From assembly GCA_036172245.1 (NCBI GenBank), contig JAYWIR010000037.1, forward strand, positions 1,116,001 to 1,180,000: 64,000 bases of DNA, given 5' to 3'. The notes under the pieces were generated by a model that had not been told where the DNA came from, did no database searches, and saw only the letters and a list, made by a program, of their open reading frames with translations. Below, one piece after another: positions 26,721 to 39,699 of the stretch (position 1 is the stretch's first letter; each line of letters opens with the position of its first letter). The DNA comes from Raillietiella orientalis. Lineage: Eukaryota. Position numbers and translations under genes: made by a program.

Positions 26721-27269
26721 CTTCGGGGGCACACCAAGCCGATCGCCCAACAGAAGCAATCCCTTTGCCTGGGAACGAAGAGTGGCGGCATCCACCAACT
26801 CGCTCGGAGTCCATCCATCCATCCATCAGTGACTCTTGCAAACGGTGCAGGAAAACTTCTCTTTCTCCCTTCCCTTCCCCTCCCTCCTCCCTCCGCCGCC
26901 AATCGGCAACTATCATTGTTTGCCCTTAGGGAAGATGGCTCTGTAACAAGGGATATGTGACAGAGATCCGGGATCACTCCGTCCGGTCCTGCAGGACTTC
27001 TATTAACGGCTTGCAGAGGAGAGTTTGCAGGAGACGAAAATCCTCTGAGCGTACACAGAATTCGTGGCATTTGGTTTCTTGAAAGGAAGCTGAAAATCGG
27101 CTACAGAGAATGCCCAAACCGCCACAGATTGCTTCCAGCTGCGGCGGCGAAAGCAGCTTCTGCAACCGTGCAATATCTTTGCTGCACCCTCAAGAGAGAG
27201 AACAAATAGTGACATGGAATCATCTCAGGTGAAAAAAAATTTTCCCGGTGGATCCCGCGGTACGTGGCC

Positions 27270-27700
27270 AGGCAAGTCAAAGACACCGGAAATTCGGATT
27301 CAGATTTTCCTAAGCTTTCAACAGTAAATACTGAAAGACTTGAGCAGGAAGACTGATGCAACAATTTAGTGTTGCATCAGTCTTCATTCCATTGCTGCTG
27401 CAACTTATCCAGTGGATCACTTAAAGTGAATGAATCCACGAGGAAGTGTGCTCATCCCAAATTTTGGACTGGAAAGCCACTGTCTTGTTACTGATCGGCT
27501 GAGAATCGACATCAGACAGGGGACATTTCTATTTTTTCGTGGGATGTGCTTGGGTCTGAGATCGCCCATGGTCATTCCACTGCCAGCACGCTTTGAGACG
27601 GGGTTCAGTCCGACGCGGTGGGGATGCTTTTGCACTTGCTGGCTCCCCCCCAGGAGCCTCTGCAATGCCAAAGGGAAGAGAACTGGACGAATTTGGCAGA
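27270..27700 (+). mobile_element. Eroded CR1-like RT fragment
   Basis: SDFPKLSTVNTERL from 27300 (DF.KAFDTV.H.RL); QLIQWI; PRGSVLIP (PQGSVLGP). Confidence 0.6.
27348..27385. repeat. Perfect 16-bp inverted repeat, 6-nt loop
   Basis: GAAGACTGATGCAACA-ATTTAG-TGTTGCATCAGTCTTC. Confidence 0.95.
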
Positions 27701-30700
27701 CGTGCTCGCTTGTTGGCGAACTTCGCCTGCTCCGGATACCAAGTCTGCCAGTGGGATCTGCCATGCAGATACTCTCTGAGAGCATCCTTAAGACTGCGTG
27801 CTGTTTCCTCATGCCTTGTTCGCTGGATGCGAGCGACTCTTCTTGCTTTTGCTTGAGAAACTGGTTTTCGAGGGCAAGACTACCCAGAATGGGTCCTTCG
27901 CCACCCTTCATTGGGTGAACCAGGGCTTCCTTCTAACGAGAAAGTCGGTCTCTTCTCAAATTCCCTTATTCGAAATTGCCAGACCCCCACTAAGTAGATA
28001 GGGAGCCATTTCCTCCTTCCATCCCTTACTCAAGGGATACCCTGGTTATTCCATTCATTTCGCTTTCTAGCTGCAGAAGTGACGTCGTGTGCGTCCAGAC
28101 CGTAGATAATCTGCCATCTAGTTTCAAACGTAATCAGAAGACCATCTGTATTGGTTACAAACCTGCGTGCTGCTCCCTGTTATACAGTTCTGTACAGAGT
28201 GCTTTTCTTCTGTTCGTGCCCTTCCCACATCCTCCGTTCTCCGACTGTTGCTATGCATCGCTTCTTAAGGAGGTGCCTCCTCTGCCGTCTTCCCATCATT
28301 TCTCCGCTGTGCTTTTTTTTTTTTCTTTTGAACGACGCTCATTTCAATTAGCCACCAGCCACACTAGGGTTAGCCAAAAGCAGGGATGAGCGCTGCCAAT
28401 AAATGCGTAATGGAGGTATCAGGTTCAGAGTGGAACTCTAGAGTGAACGCTGGAGGGCGTGGCTAAAAAGCGGGTTCTCTTGAGTATTTTCCACGAGAAT
28501 CGCGAGGGAGATGCTGGAGCACAAGCGTGTGATCATCGCAAATGCCTCTGCAGATTCCACTTGCTGAAATGTCCTGATGTGTGTTATCCCTTCACTGATC
28601 TCCTACAGAGAAGCTGAAGGAAAGATGCTGTATTAGGGGACAGATTCCCTACCTCCCAGCCGCGAAAGCATCAAAGAGTCAACATCGTTTTGTTTTTACC
28701 CCCGAATTTTTTAGGCTCGCCGAGTGAATGGGATTCTTTTTTCCCCCACTGACATGATGTTTACTACAATGGGCTGCAGCCCAGATGCTCTCCTGACGTC
28801 ACACGAGGCACTGTGTCATATCCCCTGGTACAGACTGGCGAAATAAAGGAAAATCACTTTGCTGAGTGGTTTGGTTTGGTGAGTTTCTGAATGGCTGAGA
28901 AAAGTTCTCTGTCTTAAAGGTACGTACACTCGACGGCATCGTTCAGTTGTAATGAGCCTCAGGGCAGATGAGACCAGAATTTGGGAAGGTCCATTTTTTT
29001 TCCTTTTTTTCAGGCCTCCTCCATGTTACCTCTGCATGTTTTGAACAAATTACCGCGCTCCTGCTCGTGCTGGCACGGAAACGTGTTCGTGTTAGTGCAC
29101 ACTACGTGAGTCGGCAGACACCTAGCGCGGTCCACGGGCACGGAAGGGGTAAAGAAAAAAGGGTTTCGCACAACGTGTGCACGTGTGATACGATTGTGCA
29201 CAATGCTCTTTGTAAAATGCTGCCTTCCATTGATCCACAGGTGTCTGGATGCTTTTGTACACCATTCAGAGACACAATGATTTCCTGCTTGTCTACCTGC
29301 TTATTCTGTGTGTTTGCTCTTATTGACGTGCTCCTGCACCTCCTGATTCTAAATTCTTTCATGAGATGACATGCTTTGTCGAAAGGAGAACATGTGATTT
29401 TTTTGTTTTTTGGAGGGAGGATGATCAAGTTGTCATTTACCTGACGGAATCGTCGCAGACAAGTCTTCTTCTTAATGGCTCCTACAGCTCGACTCGTTTT
29501 CGCCTTCCCTTTCCCACTGTTCTTTATGACAAAATTGACGCAGTTTCAGGAGAATCTTTTATGTTAATCAACATCACGGTCCCCTTTGTTGGATGAACGG
29601 AGTTCTCTTTCGAGAAGCTCTGCCTACTGGGCTTTCGCTCATTTGTAACTTGGCAGCAATTTTCGTCCATTCAACCGATCTTATTATATTGATTCACTTC
29701 GCTCCTGCAAATTAAGGGGTCTGAGGTGCGTCTCACAGATGATTTCCTCTTTGACTTCAAACGCAAAATATCGAATCATCTGGTATTAGAGCTGCAGTTT
29801 TGTTTCCAACTTGCAGCGTCTACGGGCCTTGCATTCTAGGCATAGGGGCTTCCTTGCAGTCCGCCAGCGGCAAGTCTCCCAGAGGACAGATTGTTTTTTT
29901 TTTTTTTTTTTTCAAAGTCCAGGATGAACATTAGAAATGTTGTAGGGAAGTTCCCATCATTTTCTCGCTTCACTCATTCGCTCCTGGAGGACGGAGTTGC
30001 ACCCCCGAATGCAGATGGAGCTGCTCATTTTCCTTGCTTCTCAGACTTCGTGGAACCATTTTATCTGGCTGATGACCCATACGGCTGTGGCATATATTGA
30101 ATGCACAATGATGCGCTCTGCGCAGGCATGCTGCCTGAGGCCACGCACTCCAGTAGGGCTTCGTCGTCTCGCGGATCCGGCGATTTCGAAGACGCATTAG
30201 CCTGCCACTAACACTCGAGCCGTGATGACTGTGTTCCAATGAAGGCAAAGAGAAGAATCAGTTCTCTCACCTTCCTCCCTCGGGATTCCCCTCCAAGGGT
30301 TTTGCAGTTTCCGAAGGGAACAGCAAACACCGGAAGCAAACGACTCGATTGCACATTGCACTTTAGGCACAGGCATTACCTTGTAGTCCGCCTAACGCAA
30401 GCCGTTCAAAGGGAACCTAAGAGGGCAGCTACCGCCATGTTGTTTCCCCGGTAAACCTTCCAGAGGCACACATAGTTAGGGCACACAAGAATGCAGAATG
30501 TTTTGTTTCTCATCGAGATCACATTCCTCTCTAAGTTTCCATGTCCACCTTGGGATTCCGCAGTATCTGTAGCGTGATTTTGTTCTTGCAATGGTCGGGA
30601 TCTCCACCAGAAAAACAGTACAAGCTCGCCGAAAAGGAAGATTGAAGACACTGCACGGGGAGGATACCTGGGAGTCGAAATCTGGGCGTGTCGCATTTTC

Positions 30701-30819
30701 GAAGAACTTCATGTCATGCACCAGCTCAGCGGGTGATGAAGGGTCTTTCAGGAGAAGATACTTGGCAGAACTCCGACAAACATGCGGAGAAATAATTCAC
30801 TCTGCTATCAAGAAACACA

Positions 30820-31020
30820 CACATACACTCTACGTGGCCTCTATTTCCAGAGCTAGAAGCCACCACTTCATTCCGGGTTTGCTTTTTTCTTTGAAGGGCA
30901 ACTTCACGTCGTGGATAGGAAACGCAGTCTGGATGAAGCAGAGTGAAAGAATGCACCTTGGGTGGACACTAACTCGAGAGATATGGTATCTTGGAAGTTC
31001 CATCCACCTGAATTCGAATG
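30820..31020 (+). mobile_element. Possible eroded CR1-like RT fragment
   Basis: LYVASISRA; SLKGNFTSWIG (GI.G....WI). Confidence 0.4.
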
Positions 31021-32186
31021 CAGGGAGTATGGAGCTTCTAGAGGAAGATGTACTCTCTACAGCCTCACATGCTTGCTTGGAAAAGCAGGATGAACGTTGA
31101 ACTACGCCCGGGTTTGAGGAAGCATTTGCATGCCTCCCATGCTTTTGATGTCACGTGATCGGCAAGTCTTTAGGGTCAAAAAGAGGCTGAATCCGACAAC
31201 CATCTGCATGGCAAAGCGCGATGCGATGCGGATGATGAGAAATTCACCAATCCCGGGTGACAGGCAAGTCTCAGGGATTTCCCAGGTAGCTCGCGAGTCC
31301 ACGAAACCAAGGTTGTGCGATGCCGCGTCCGCCGATCGACTCCTGGAGAACGCTAATGGAGAGCTACCATCTCTTCAAAGAAGCGGGGATTGCGCCAGGT
31401 GGAGTCCCTGCGAAAGGAACGCTTCCAAGAGACTGAACGAACCCACCAAAGACACACCAACTGCTCGGGTGATTTGCCAGCAATCGTCAGTCTAAGGGTG
31501 TGTGTGCTCCGGTGCATACCAGATGCATGGGATAAGACGCCCGCGACGGTTTCATCAAGGAAGGAGCTTCCGAAACTTTGTCCTCGGTCTCCCCTATGTT
31601 AGTCATTCGAATAACCCATTCCGAGTATTTGATTGATGATTTCTCAAATCTTCTGACGTCCATGGATTTTGCTGGTGCTCCTTGTTTTACCAAGACGGAC
31701 TCGATGGCCATAATAGGGGGTCTTTTTCAAGGGTCCTCTTTTGTTCTTGCATAGCTGAGTTCCAACAATCTCTCGCAAACCTCTCCTGATGCAAGAGAGG
31801 CCTCTGCTTCTCTGCCATTTCCGAGGAAGAGGGTGCAGTTCGACAGGAGAAGAGCAGCATTCTAAAGGAACGGTGCCTTTGGCGCGGTTCTTTAAGGACA
31901 GGGTTTTACTGGATGAGGAAAATTCCGTTTCTGGCTTCCCCAGTCGGTTGATGCCTGTTTCTGCGCTCCTCCTAAAGAAGACAGCTCGGACGATGGCCTC
32001 GCTGTTCCACCCCCTATCCCGCTTCCAAATTTTGGTGTGCCCAGTTGGAAGTGCACAAGCGTCGCACGCAGTTGCTCGAATTGAGTGCGTTCACATGCCG
32101 ATCAACATAAAAGGCCTTCTCTTCCCGTTTCTTGTCTCAAGGAGGTGCGCAAGCTCTGGATGTCGAGAAGGAGTGCACTGCAGTCG

Positions 32187-32226
32187 TGGAATCGCTGCTC
32201 CAGCAGGAGCTGCAGCAGCGATTCCA
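32187..32226. repeat. Inverted repeat, 13 bp + mismatch + 4 bp
   Basis: TGGAATCGCTGCT-C-CAGC-AGGA-GCTG-C-AGCAGCGATTCCA. Confidence 0.9.
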
Positions 32227-32779
32227 TCACCCCGCACCTGGCGCTCTTCGCAGGCACCCTTGCTGCTCCTGCCATGCGCGGTGTCTAGTGTTCGTTGCAG
32301 AGGATGGCTCGGTGCAACTGGCGCCCGAAGTTCGTGGTTCACGGCGAGCTGCCGTTCGAGTAGAAGCTCTTAAGAGATAACCTTCGTCTTACTTGCTCAT
32401 TTGTCCTGACTAGTGAGCTCGATGGAAGGATGGCTGCCCTGTCCCTCTATTGCATAGCGAGCAGCGTCTGGATCGAATTCGCTGCTTTCATTCTTATTAT
32501 CGGGACGTTCAGAGTAGCAAAAGGTGCTTTCCTACTTGCATTCGACTTCCATCTCTTCGAAGAGATGCGAGATGGAAAAAGGAGGCGGTGATTACGAAAG
32601 CTGTCCCCTCTCAAGCGTCTTCTGATGGACCTTCTCTGGTACCTCACCGAGAGGAAGACGTTGCGATTTGGCAGACGAGAGTGATGCAAGAAGTAAGAAT
32701 GCGGTCAAGTGCTTTTCCTAGAGCATCGGAAAATGATGATCCAGATAACTCCGCATCTCCTTTCCAAAAAGAAAGAAAT

Positions 32780-32940
32780 CTCCATTTCTCAGGATGATCT
32801 CCGTAAATCTGGGCTGCAAGGAATTGCTAACCTAAAGGCGATGGAGGAACTTCTGGCCATCACTAAACTGATCTTCGCTCAGTTTAATGATGGCCAGATA
32901 AACCAGAGGGCTGGCCCCTTTTTCATACCTGGATGTCGAT
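32780..32940 (+). mobile_element. Possible eroded LINE RT N-terminal fragment
   Basis: ISISQDDLRK...ITKLIFAQFNDGQI...FFIP (I..EEV.K...L..IF.....G.IP..W...I.P). Confidence 0.4.
32852..32898. repeat. Inverted repeat, 11 bp + mismatch + 8 bp, 7-nt loop
   Basis: TCTGGCCATCA-C-TAAACTGA-TCTTCGC-TCAGTTTA-A-TGATGGCCAGA. Confidence 0.95.
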
Positions 32941-33900
32941 CCGGTCTCCATTTGACCAAGAATGTGACCAAGAAACGAGACCAAAGTTCAGCAAATGCCT
33001 CCACCGAGACTCCATCAAGAGTCACCTCCAAGAACAACCGTTGATCCTGATGTGTAGGTCTGACGTGCATCTCTGTCACGCAGCATGTGCAAGAAACCGT
33101 TGCCAGATGCTCCCCATTCCATTCGGAATGCTTTCTATGCATCTGCATCCCTCATCACTATCATGGAACTACCCTGAGTCAAGCAAGACGCAGGTTTCGG
33201 AACGCATCCAAGGCAGCGTGAATGCTTGGTCTATGAGATGCGGAGAAATCTTGAGGCAACAGAAGAGCGTTTCCCCTCGTAAACAGTCGCGTTCGCACGC
33301 AGTTCACCTCAGAAGAGTGCGACCTCAGCTGGCAAGAGGTTGGAGTTGAAAGGGACATGTCCTTCAACGCATCTCAGCAAAGCGCGCTTCAGGTGATGCA
33401 GCGAATAGAAGAAAGCCCTTTTCCGCCATCATCGGTCTAGGTATTGCCGGATGGAAACACGTTTTCCAAGATGGTTTCCTCCCTTCTCTACTCCTTGGCT
33501 ACCCTCTGAAATGCAGCTGTCCGATCTTCAGGAGGACCGAGTCCCCCTCAACTGGAGAGGGATGACCGACATTCTGAGTTTGCGGTCTGCTGCACCAAGT
33601 CGTCCAAGGCACAGATATTTGATAGTTTCGCGATCTCCTCGCCTCTTGGGAGCGTGACGAACCCTTTTGCTTTGATTTCTCTTATCCTCGCTTGCTCGGC
33701 TGAAGCGTGTTCGAATCCTTCTTCAATGGAAACAGGAGGGGAAAGGAATGAGGCTGGAGATTGACCCTAGTCCCTTTGAGTTAGCCGAGCTTTCAGATCC
33801 ATCATGGTACCGGACACCAGGATTTTTTCCACTTTTTTTTGCCATGGGAAACCGTTTCTCCGTGTTGCCTACGCAGTTGGCAAGACCCTGCCGGAAGGGA

Positions 33901-33936
33901 TCGACGGAAAGATGGCTGCTGCCATCCTTCCGTCGA
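33901..33936. repeat. Inverted repeat, 9 bp + mismatch + 6 bp
   Basis: TCGACGGAA-A-GATGGC-TGCT-GCCATC-C-TTCCGTCGA. Confidence 0.9.
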
Positions 33937-34399
33937 CCTGCCACCTAGCGAGCAGAGTCTGGGCCTCATTCTCCGCTTTGATTCTTGCCGTCGGGATGTT
34001 CTTTTCCAGGGAGAAACAGAAGAGGGTGCATGAGTTTAAGCATTGCTGGAGGGCGGTTATTGCTTCACAATAAACAAACAATCAGGTAGAAAGTCAGATT
34101 TCTTCTTGATCAGCCCCTATGAGGGACAATGTCCGAAGCACAGCTTCCCTTAGTTGGAAAGGGTTGGACACATAATAAGGAAGCAAAAACAAGTAAAAAG
34201 AATAAATAAATTAATAAATAAGCGGTTCTTGATGGGAAGAGGCGGGTCATCGGGATAAAAGCCCTCCAGTTCTACCATTTCTTAGCCCGTGTACTACGTC
34301 TTACCTGCCTTCAGGGCACAGAGTGAGGCCAATTTCAGGCTCGTCGCGCCATGGGAGTGGCCAGAATTATGACCTCTCCATGCGGTTTCTGACGATCTG

Positions 34400-35400
34400 A
34401 TCTCTTCTGATGCAAGCGTGCTACCAGGATGCTGGAAACAGAAGCACAGGGCCGTGACTTCCGTGGTCGCAGAGGGTCCTTGAAGGAGGTGGAAATCCTT
34501 GCGGTCCACAGGATGCTTCTGCGGTGAGAGAGGAGGGACCCATTTCAATCTCTCCGTTCCTCCTACCCCAACAGAAGGGTATTGGTTCAGCAACTCGTGT
34601 TACAAGAATTTCAGCATGCCGCACCGGGAACCCTGGTCAGATGATGGCAACGCTCGCCATGGAAACCTCCTCGTCTGGAGAAGAGCTCAGTTGCCGCAGC
34701 TCCATGAAAAACTTCCAGTTCGTTTACTGGGATTTCCAAAGGGCGCTCCCACAGGACCGATTCTTGGAGTCCCAAGCCACACTCAGCATCCCCGCCTCAT
34801 ACATCCGCTGGAGGCCTCCATCGTCCAGCAACCGCGCCGACCTCTTCTACCTTCGCGGTGATGGCCACCGCCGCTCCCTTCTCTTAGGAGAGATGGTGCT
34901 AGGAGTGAGGGCGCTGCAGATGTGCTGTGGATTCATCCCAGTTCTGTAGGTGGAGGGAGCAGGCGAGGGAAGAGACAAAGATGCTGCGAACGAGGGCAAA
35001 GAAGGTGGTGGGGTGCACTCCTGAGCAGCACTCTGGGACTCTTGCCGGAAGAGGAGGCACAGAGTGCGGGGATGACGCCATTCCCATACGGGGAGTTCTG
35101 GGTACAGTGGCTCCAGGCATGCGGGTCTTGAAGAGCGATTGTGAGGGCAAGTCGATAGGGACCGGCATCCTTGTGGAGGACCAGAAGGACAGACTGCGTT
35201 TTGGAAGCGCAGGTCGTAGGAATCATTGTTAAACAAGGGCAGGGTAACAAAGATGAGGATGGACGCAATGAAAAACGGAATACGAGGATGCAGAGAGGCC
35301 AGGGGGCGCATGGTCCCGGTGGCACAGGGAGTGCCAGGCCGGGGAGACCACGGGACAGCGCTCGACTGGAAGTCTCAGGAGATGGAAGGATCCTCCTTAC
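34400..35400 (+). mobile_element. Eroded CR1-clade RT spanning most of the core
   Basis: In order across frameshifts: VLPGCWKQ; VTSVV-RVLE; LLPQQKG; FVYWDFQRA..DRFL...LSIPASYIRW....SNR (from about 34720); EETKMLRT..GC..EQ (DDTK); GILVE..RLRF; MKNGI. Confidence 0.75.
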
Positions 35401-36959
35401 CGATTGCGGTGCTTTGGCAGCTTCTTGCGCATTGGGGAAGGGACCCAAAGCCAGAGGAATGTCGTCACGCACCCAGGCGCAAGTCTGGCACCATCTCGTG
35501 AGTCCGCGCAACCCAGCGCGACACCCCCCGAGGGCGGCCAACTCTTCTCGAGCGCATGGACTCGGGAGAGGGGACCTGAACCGAAGACTTTCTCGCTTCC
35601 TGGGCTCTAGAAAGCGGTGATTTCCTTCCTTTACTCTCTCCCTCGCTCTTACCGCCGGGGAAGGGCGCAAGAGAACTGGCAGGCTGCAGAAGGTTTTCGT
35701 CGGGAGCGCCCTGGAACCAGGACTAAGGGGAAGGTCCGGAGAGGAACCACAGCCAGCAGGAAGAGAGAGACGCGAGACAGGCGCTCTGATCCGTGTGTGT
35801 GATCGCTCCGCCGTCGAAGCTATTGGAAAACCAGCGACGAGTATCCCTTCAGTGACGTAGTGGTATGGGAAGCTTCATGCCCTCCTACACTAGAAACCTG
35901 CTCCTCCAAAGCAGCACAAGGGAAGGGGGGGAGGAGTGGGGAAGGAAGGAAAAAAGTAGCAATTCGCTGAACCGAGGCTGGAGTCGCCGCAACACTCTCA
36001 GGCGGGAGCTCTTGCAGGAGGCCTCCTGTGTGTGGGGGTGGGTGGAGATAGAGCTGATGCTAATTCCCGGCCGGAGCTCCATCCGTCCCCACCCCAATGC
36101 CGGGAGTGTCGCGTCCAGCCTGTACGAGAAGTCCGACGGAGCACGATGCGCTTCTCTCCCGCGGGTGGCAGCATGCCGGCAAGGACCTCGCCACTCCTTC
36201 GCTGCAGAGGGGAGCCGATCTGGGGCGAGAACCCCGGACGCGATGCTGCGCGGAGAGAGAGAACCTCTGGCGGCGCCGCCCTTGCCACGCAGGCGCGACG
36301 TCCACGTCAAACTCTAGCGCGCCGAGGGGGAGGGAGAAGGAGCAACGCCACCGCAGGCGAGTCCTTCTTGCAACTCCTGGGAACTCGCGCAAGGGAGCGA
36401 AAGGGGAACGGCGTGATCGGGACGCGGCGGGGCCGGGAGCGGAAACCCTCAGGGTGGCGCGCGCAGCGATCCTCCCCCCACGCGGAGTCCGACAAACATG
36501 CGGGCGGGGGAGGGGAGGAACAGGCAGTGAGACTTCCAGCCCCCTGGTCGGCCTCGCCGGGAGCGCGCGAGGCTTGCTGCCGGGAGCGGCAGCGGCGGAG
36601 CGTCCCCGGAGACCGCGTGACCCCGCCTCTCCTCTCCGAGGCCGCGAGCGCTTGCGCGCCGGAAGCGAGCCGCCTGGTGATGGCGCCGCGCAGTCTGGCG
36701 GCGGCAGGTTCGGACCATCCGCTCTCCTCGCGCGCTCGAGCGCCCTCCCTCCCTCCTTCCCTCCCCCTCCCCGCGTCCTGTTGGCGACCCCTGCTGCGGG
36801 GTCGCGAGAGCGGCGGAGCCACGCCGTCTCGGCCCGCCGGTCGCGCCGCCGCCCCTTCTCGCCTCGGGGGGCCCTCCCTCCTTCCCTCCCTCCCTCCCTC
36901 CTTCCCTCTCTCTCTGCCGCCGCCGCTGCCTTGCAGGGCGCGATCGGAGCGCGCTCGCC

Positions 36960-38080
36960 GCCGCAGGCGCATGAACGAGAGCTTGGCAGCGCCGCGGGGT
37001 CTTCAAGGGGCTCTGCTGCGGTGGTCGCCGTGGTTACCTCCCCTCTTCCACCGGACGCATACTGCTCCCCAAGCTCGTCTCCGTGTCCGCCGCCGATCAC
37101 GGAGGTGCAGCTTCCTACTCCACGAATCGGCAGCAAGGCGGAAGGGGAGGTGACAGCCAGCACGCCGTCGCTTCCCCTTCCACCGTGGACGGGTATGCTG
37201 TGAGGTCTTCCCTGGAGGTGCTCCTTAGGGTGTGGGCACTTCGGAAAGTGAGCGGCGAAGGAAGGGATGGGAGGCGGCGTTCCTCTTCGGTTCCTGGACG
37301 TCTCCCGCCTCGGAGGGGAGAGGTGGGGAACCAACTTCCCCCGCCTGACAGGAAAGGAGGAAGTGCCATGGTCATGTGCCCGAGATGGCGTCGGAAGGGG
37401 GGGGGGGAATGCGTGCTTGCACTTTCACCGTTACCAGGGGGACGCGGGCGTCGGACGCGCCCGGCGTTTCCAAGGGGAACGCCGCCATAAATCAATGCGC
37501 CAACCCGGTGCGCCTGTTTGTTTTTTTTTTCCCTGCCGCTCCTCCCCCCCGAGGGTCCTTCAGAGGGCTCTCGGGTTCGTTCTCTGGTGAACGGACTTTC
37601 CGATTACCCTGGTTACTCGGAGGAAGGGAGAGATCCTGGGTCACGCCCATGCACTCCCGGAGGCAGGGAAGCCGTTCCTGTGCTCCCTTCTTTTGGTCAG
37701 GGAGCCCGGCTGCAGGAAGACGAGAAAAAAAAAAGATGGCACCCATAAGTCGCTTCTCCCCCTTCCTTTTGTCGGCGCCATCTATGCTATCCATAGCAAT
37801 ACAACAGACTATATTGTCACCTATATGGGCAGTCGGATCCAGAGTATCCAGCTGGAAGCTGCCACCGAACCCCGGGAAAAAAGGGAAGCGCTCCGTTCGG
37901 CTCCTCCCCACTCATCTCTTCGCCAGGGCAAGGTGTCGTCGTGGAAACCAACGATTGAGCGTAGTGGCCTCCGGGACGCCTCCTCCGGTCCACAAGGCGT
38001 CCTCCCTCTTCCGTGAGCATCGGAGGTGAACTTGGCGAGCTGCTGCTGCCCCGGAGACCTTCGGAGAAAGGTCGGCCCGC
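36960..38080 (+). mobile_element. Eroded, GC-rich LINE RT
   Basis: MNESL; PPLF; PPIT; RFLDVS; DGVGRG-CVL.LSP (GVRQGCVLSP); TYMGSRI (YLGS.I); VLP..ASEV. Confidence 0.5.
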
Positions 38081-38209
38081 CTCCGGGAGTCATTCTGCAT
38101 GAAGGGCGCGCGAGAGGTGACCTTCGTAAGGCCCGGTGGGTTCTCCCTTCTTCCCCCTCCTGCCCCCCTCTGCTTCCCGCGCGCGAGAGAGAGCGGGTTG
38201 GACGTTTCC

Positions 38210-38870
38210 ACCCTACGAAGTTTCGGGGAAAGGTGAAAGCGCGCCTCTTTCGGGACAGAGGCCACTCGGGTCACTTCGCCGAGGAAAACGCCAAAGGGGA
38301 AAGATGTGGGGCGAGGAGGAAGCTGAGTTTCCTCCTCGGGCCAGCCTTCGCGGTGACCTCCGTCTTTCGAGCGTCCTACGAGTGGGGCTCGAACGAAGGT
38401 CGTTTCCATGGGACCTCCGGCCGTCAGCGGAGCTGCGACTTGCTCAGCGGAAGGGAAGCGCTCGTTTTTCCCGGGGCTGGAGAAGGGCGCTTTGAGGGGA
38501 CGGACTCCGCTCCCGTGCGCCGTCGGATGCCCGGACCGAGTCCCCAGAGGGTCGAGCCGCAGAGAACGGGAGGAGTCCAGAGAGGGTGCTGCTGCCACCC
38601 TTTCCCTTCCGGAATCCCCGACGGATGGGTTTCCTTCGCGGGAGGGCGGTCCGCCGAAGTCGCCACGTCGTTCAAGGTCGAGAGCGGGCGGCTCCCCTGC
38701 ACGCAAATGACCGAGAGGAGCAGTAAGAAGACGTGACCCCGCCCGTCTGGATGGCGTGGCTGCTCTGGACTCATCCCTCCTCCTCCTCCTTCCTCATCGA
38801 ACGAGGTACCTCTGACCTCGCCTCCACCTCCCCTAGCGCTGCGGCGGCTTCCTGCTTCAGTTTCCTCTCC
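38210..38870 (+). mobile_element. Eroded, GC-rich LINE RT
   Basis: KARLFRDRG; RKLSFLL; ALVF-GLEKG-FE (VF.DLEKAFD); VSFAGGRS...FKVESG; FLI...SDL. Confidence 0.5.
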
Positions 38871-39699
38871 AGAACGAGGACTCCCGGTGTCCCAGCAGCG
38901 GTGGGGTCCGCAGGACACCGAAACACAGGGCATGCACAGCAAGGGCGAGTGGCGCTGTACCTCGCCCCAGGTCTGCTGAGTAGCCCATGAGGGTGGGGGG
39001 TGAAGGAAGTTCCCGCAGGACAGTAAGGATCTCCGCTTCCTGACAGGAAAGGAAACCGGGAGCATCTGGACGAATTCGACGTATCCGTGTTGGAGGGAAC
39101 CCTTCTCTCGCCTTTGTGAATTTTGGAGGAAGAGGAGGAGGATGGGAAGGGAGGAAGAAGGGTTTCCTTCCCACTGAGAAAGCCGGGAACTGAAGGCAGC
39201 CACCGCCGTTCTCCGAATCACCGCTACGTCTCTTCCCGTCGGTGAGCATCGGCTCCGAGCCTCTCGAAGACCTTGAAGACGGGAGCGCCGCACGAGCGAA
39301 CGCGACCGTACCCGCACGTGCGTTCCTCTGCTCGCTCGCGCGCGCGCGGGGGGTTCGTATTGGCGCGCTCAGGTGCGCGCGTGTGCGTGGCGCACGTGCT
39401 CGCGGGGCAGCATGAGTGGATCCACACGAGTGGTGAGACCGCGTGCGCGTCCCGCGGTCGTCGAGCGCGGGCATCGCATCTGCGCACGCGCGTCCAGTTG
39501 TCCACGCGAGCGTGCGGCGCCTCACAGCTTCGGTCAGCTTGGGGAACTCGGGATAGGGGCTGACAGGGGCGCGGTGACGCGGCGGTGGGACAGGGAAGGG
39601 GAGTGAGGGGAGGAGATGCGACGCGAGTCGACTGCGCCGCAGGAGGGTGTTGAGCTGAAAAAGAGGGGTGGAACAACGCGCGCGGTGCGTCGGGTGCCG

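Noticed and set aside
35120..35460. Minus-strand LINE 3' tail (SYDLR, SLFKTRM)
   Set aside because: The same bases fit better as the continuation of the plus-strand CR1-like RT.
36032..37334. Long overlapping ORFs of 368-424 aa on both strands
   Set aside because: Low-complexity Arg/Pro/Gly/Ala-rich translations expected from GC-rich DNA lacking stops; no host protein domain recognised.
37345..39053. Shared 15-mer CCTGACAGGAAAGGA at two sites
   Set aside because: One or two 15-mer matches are expected by chance in 64 kb, and similarity does not extend.
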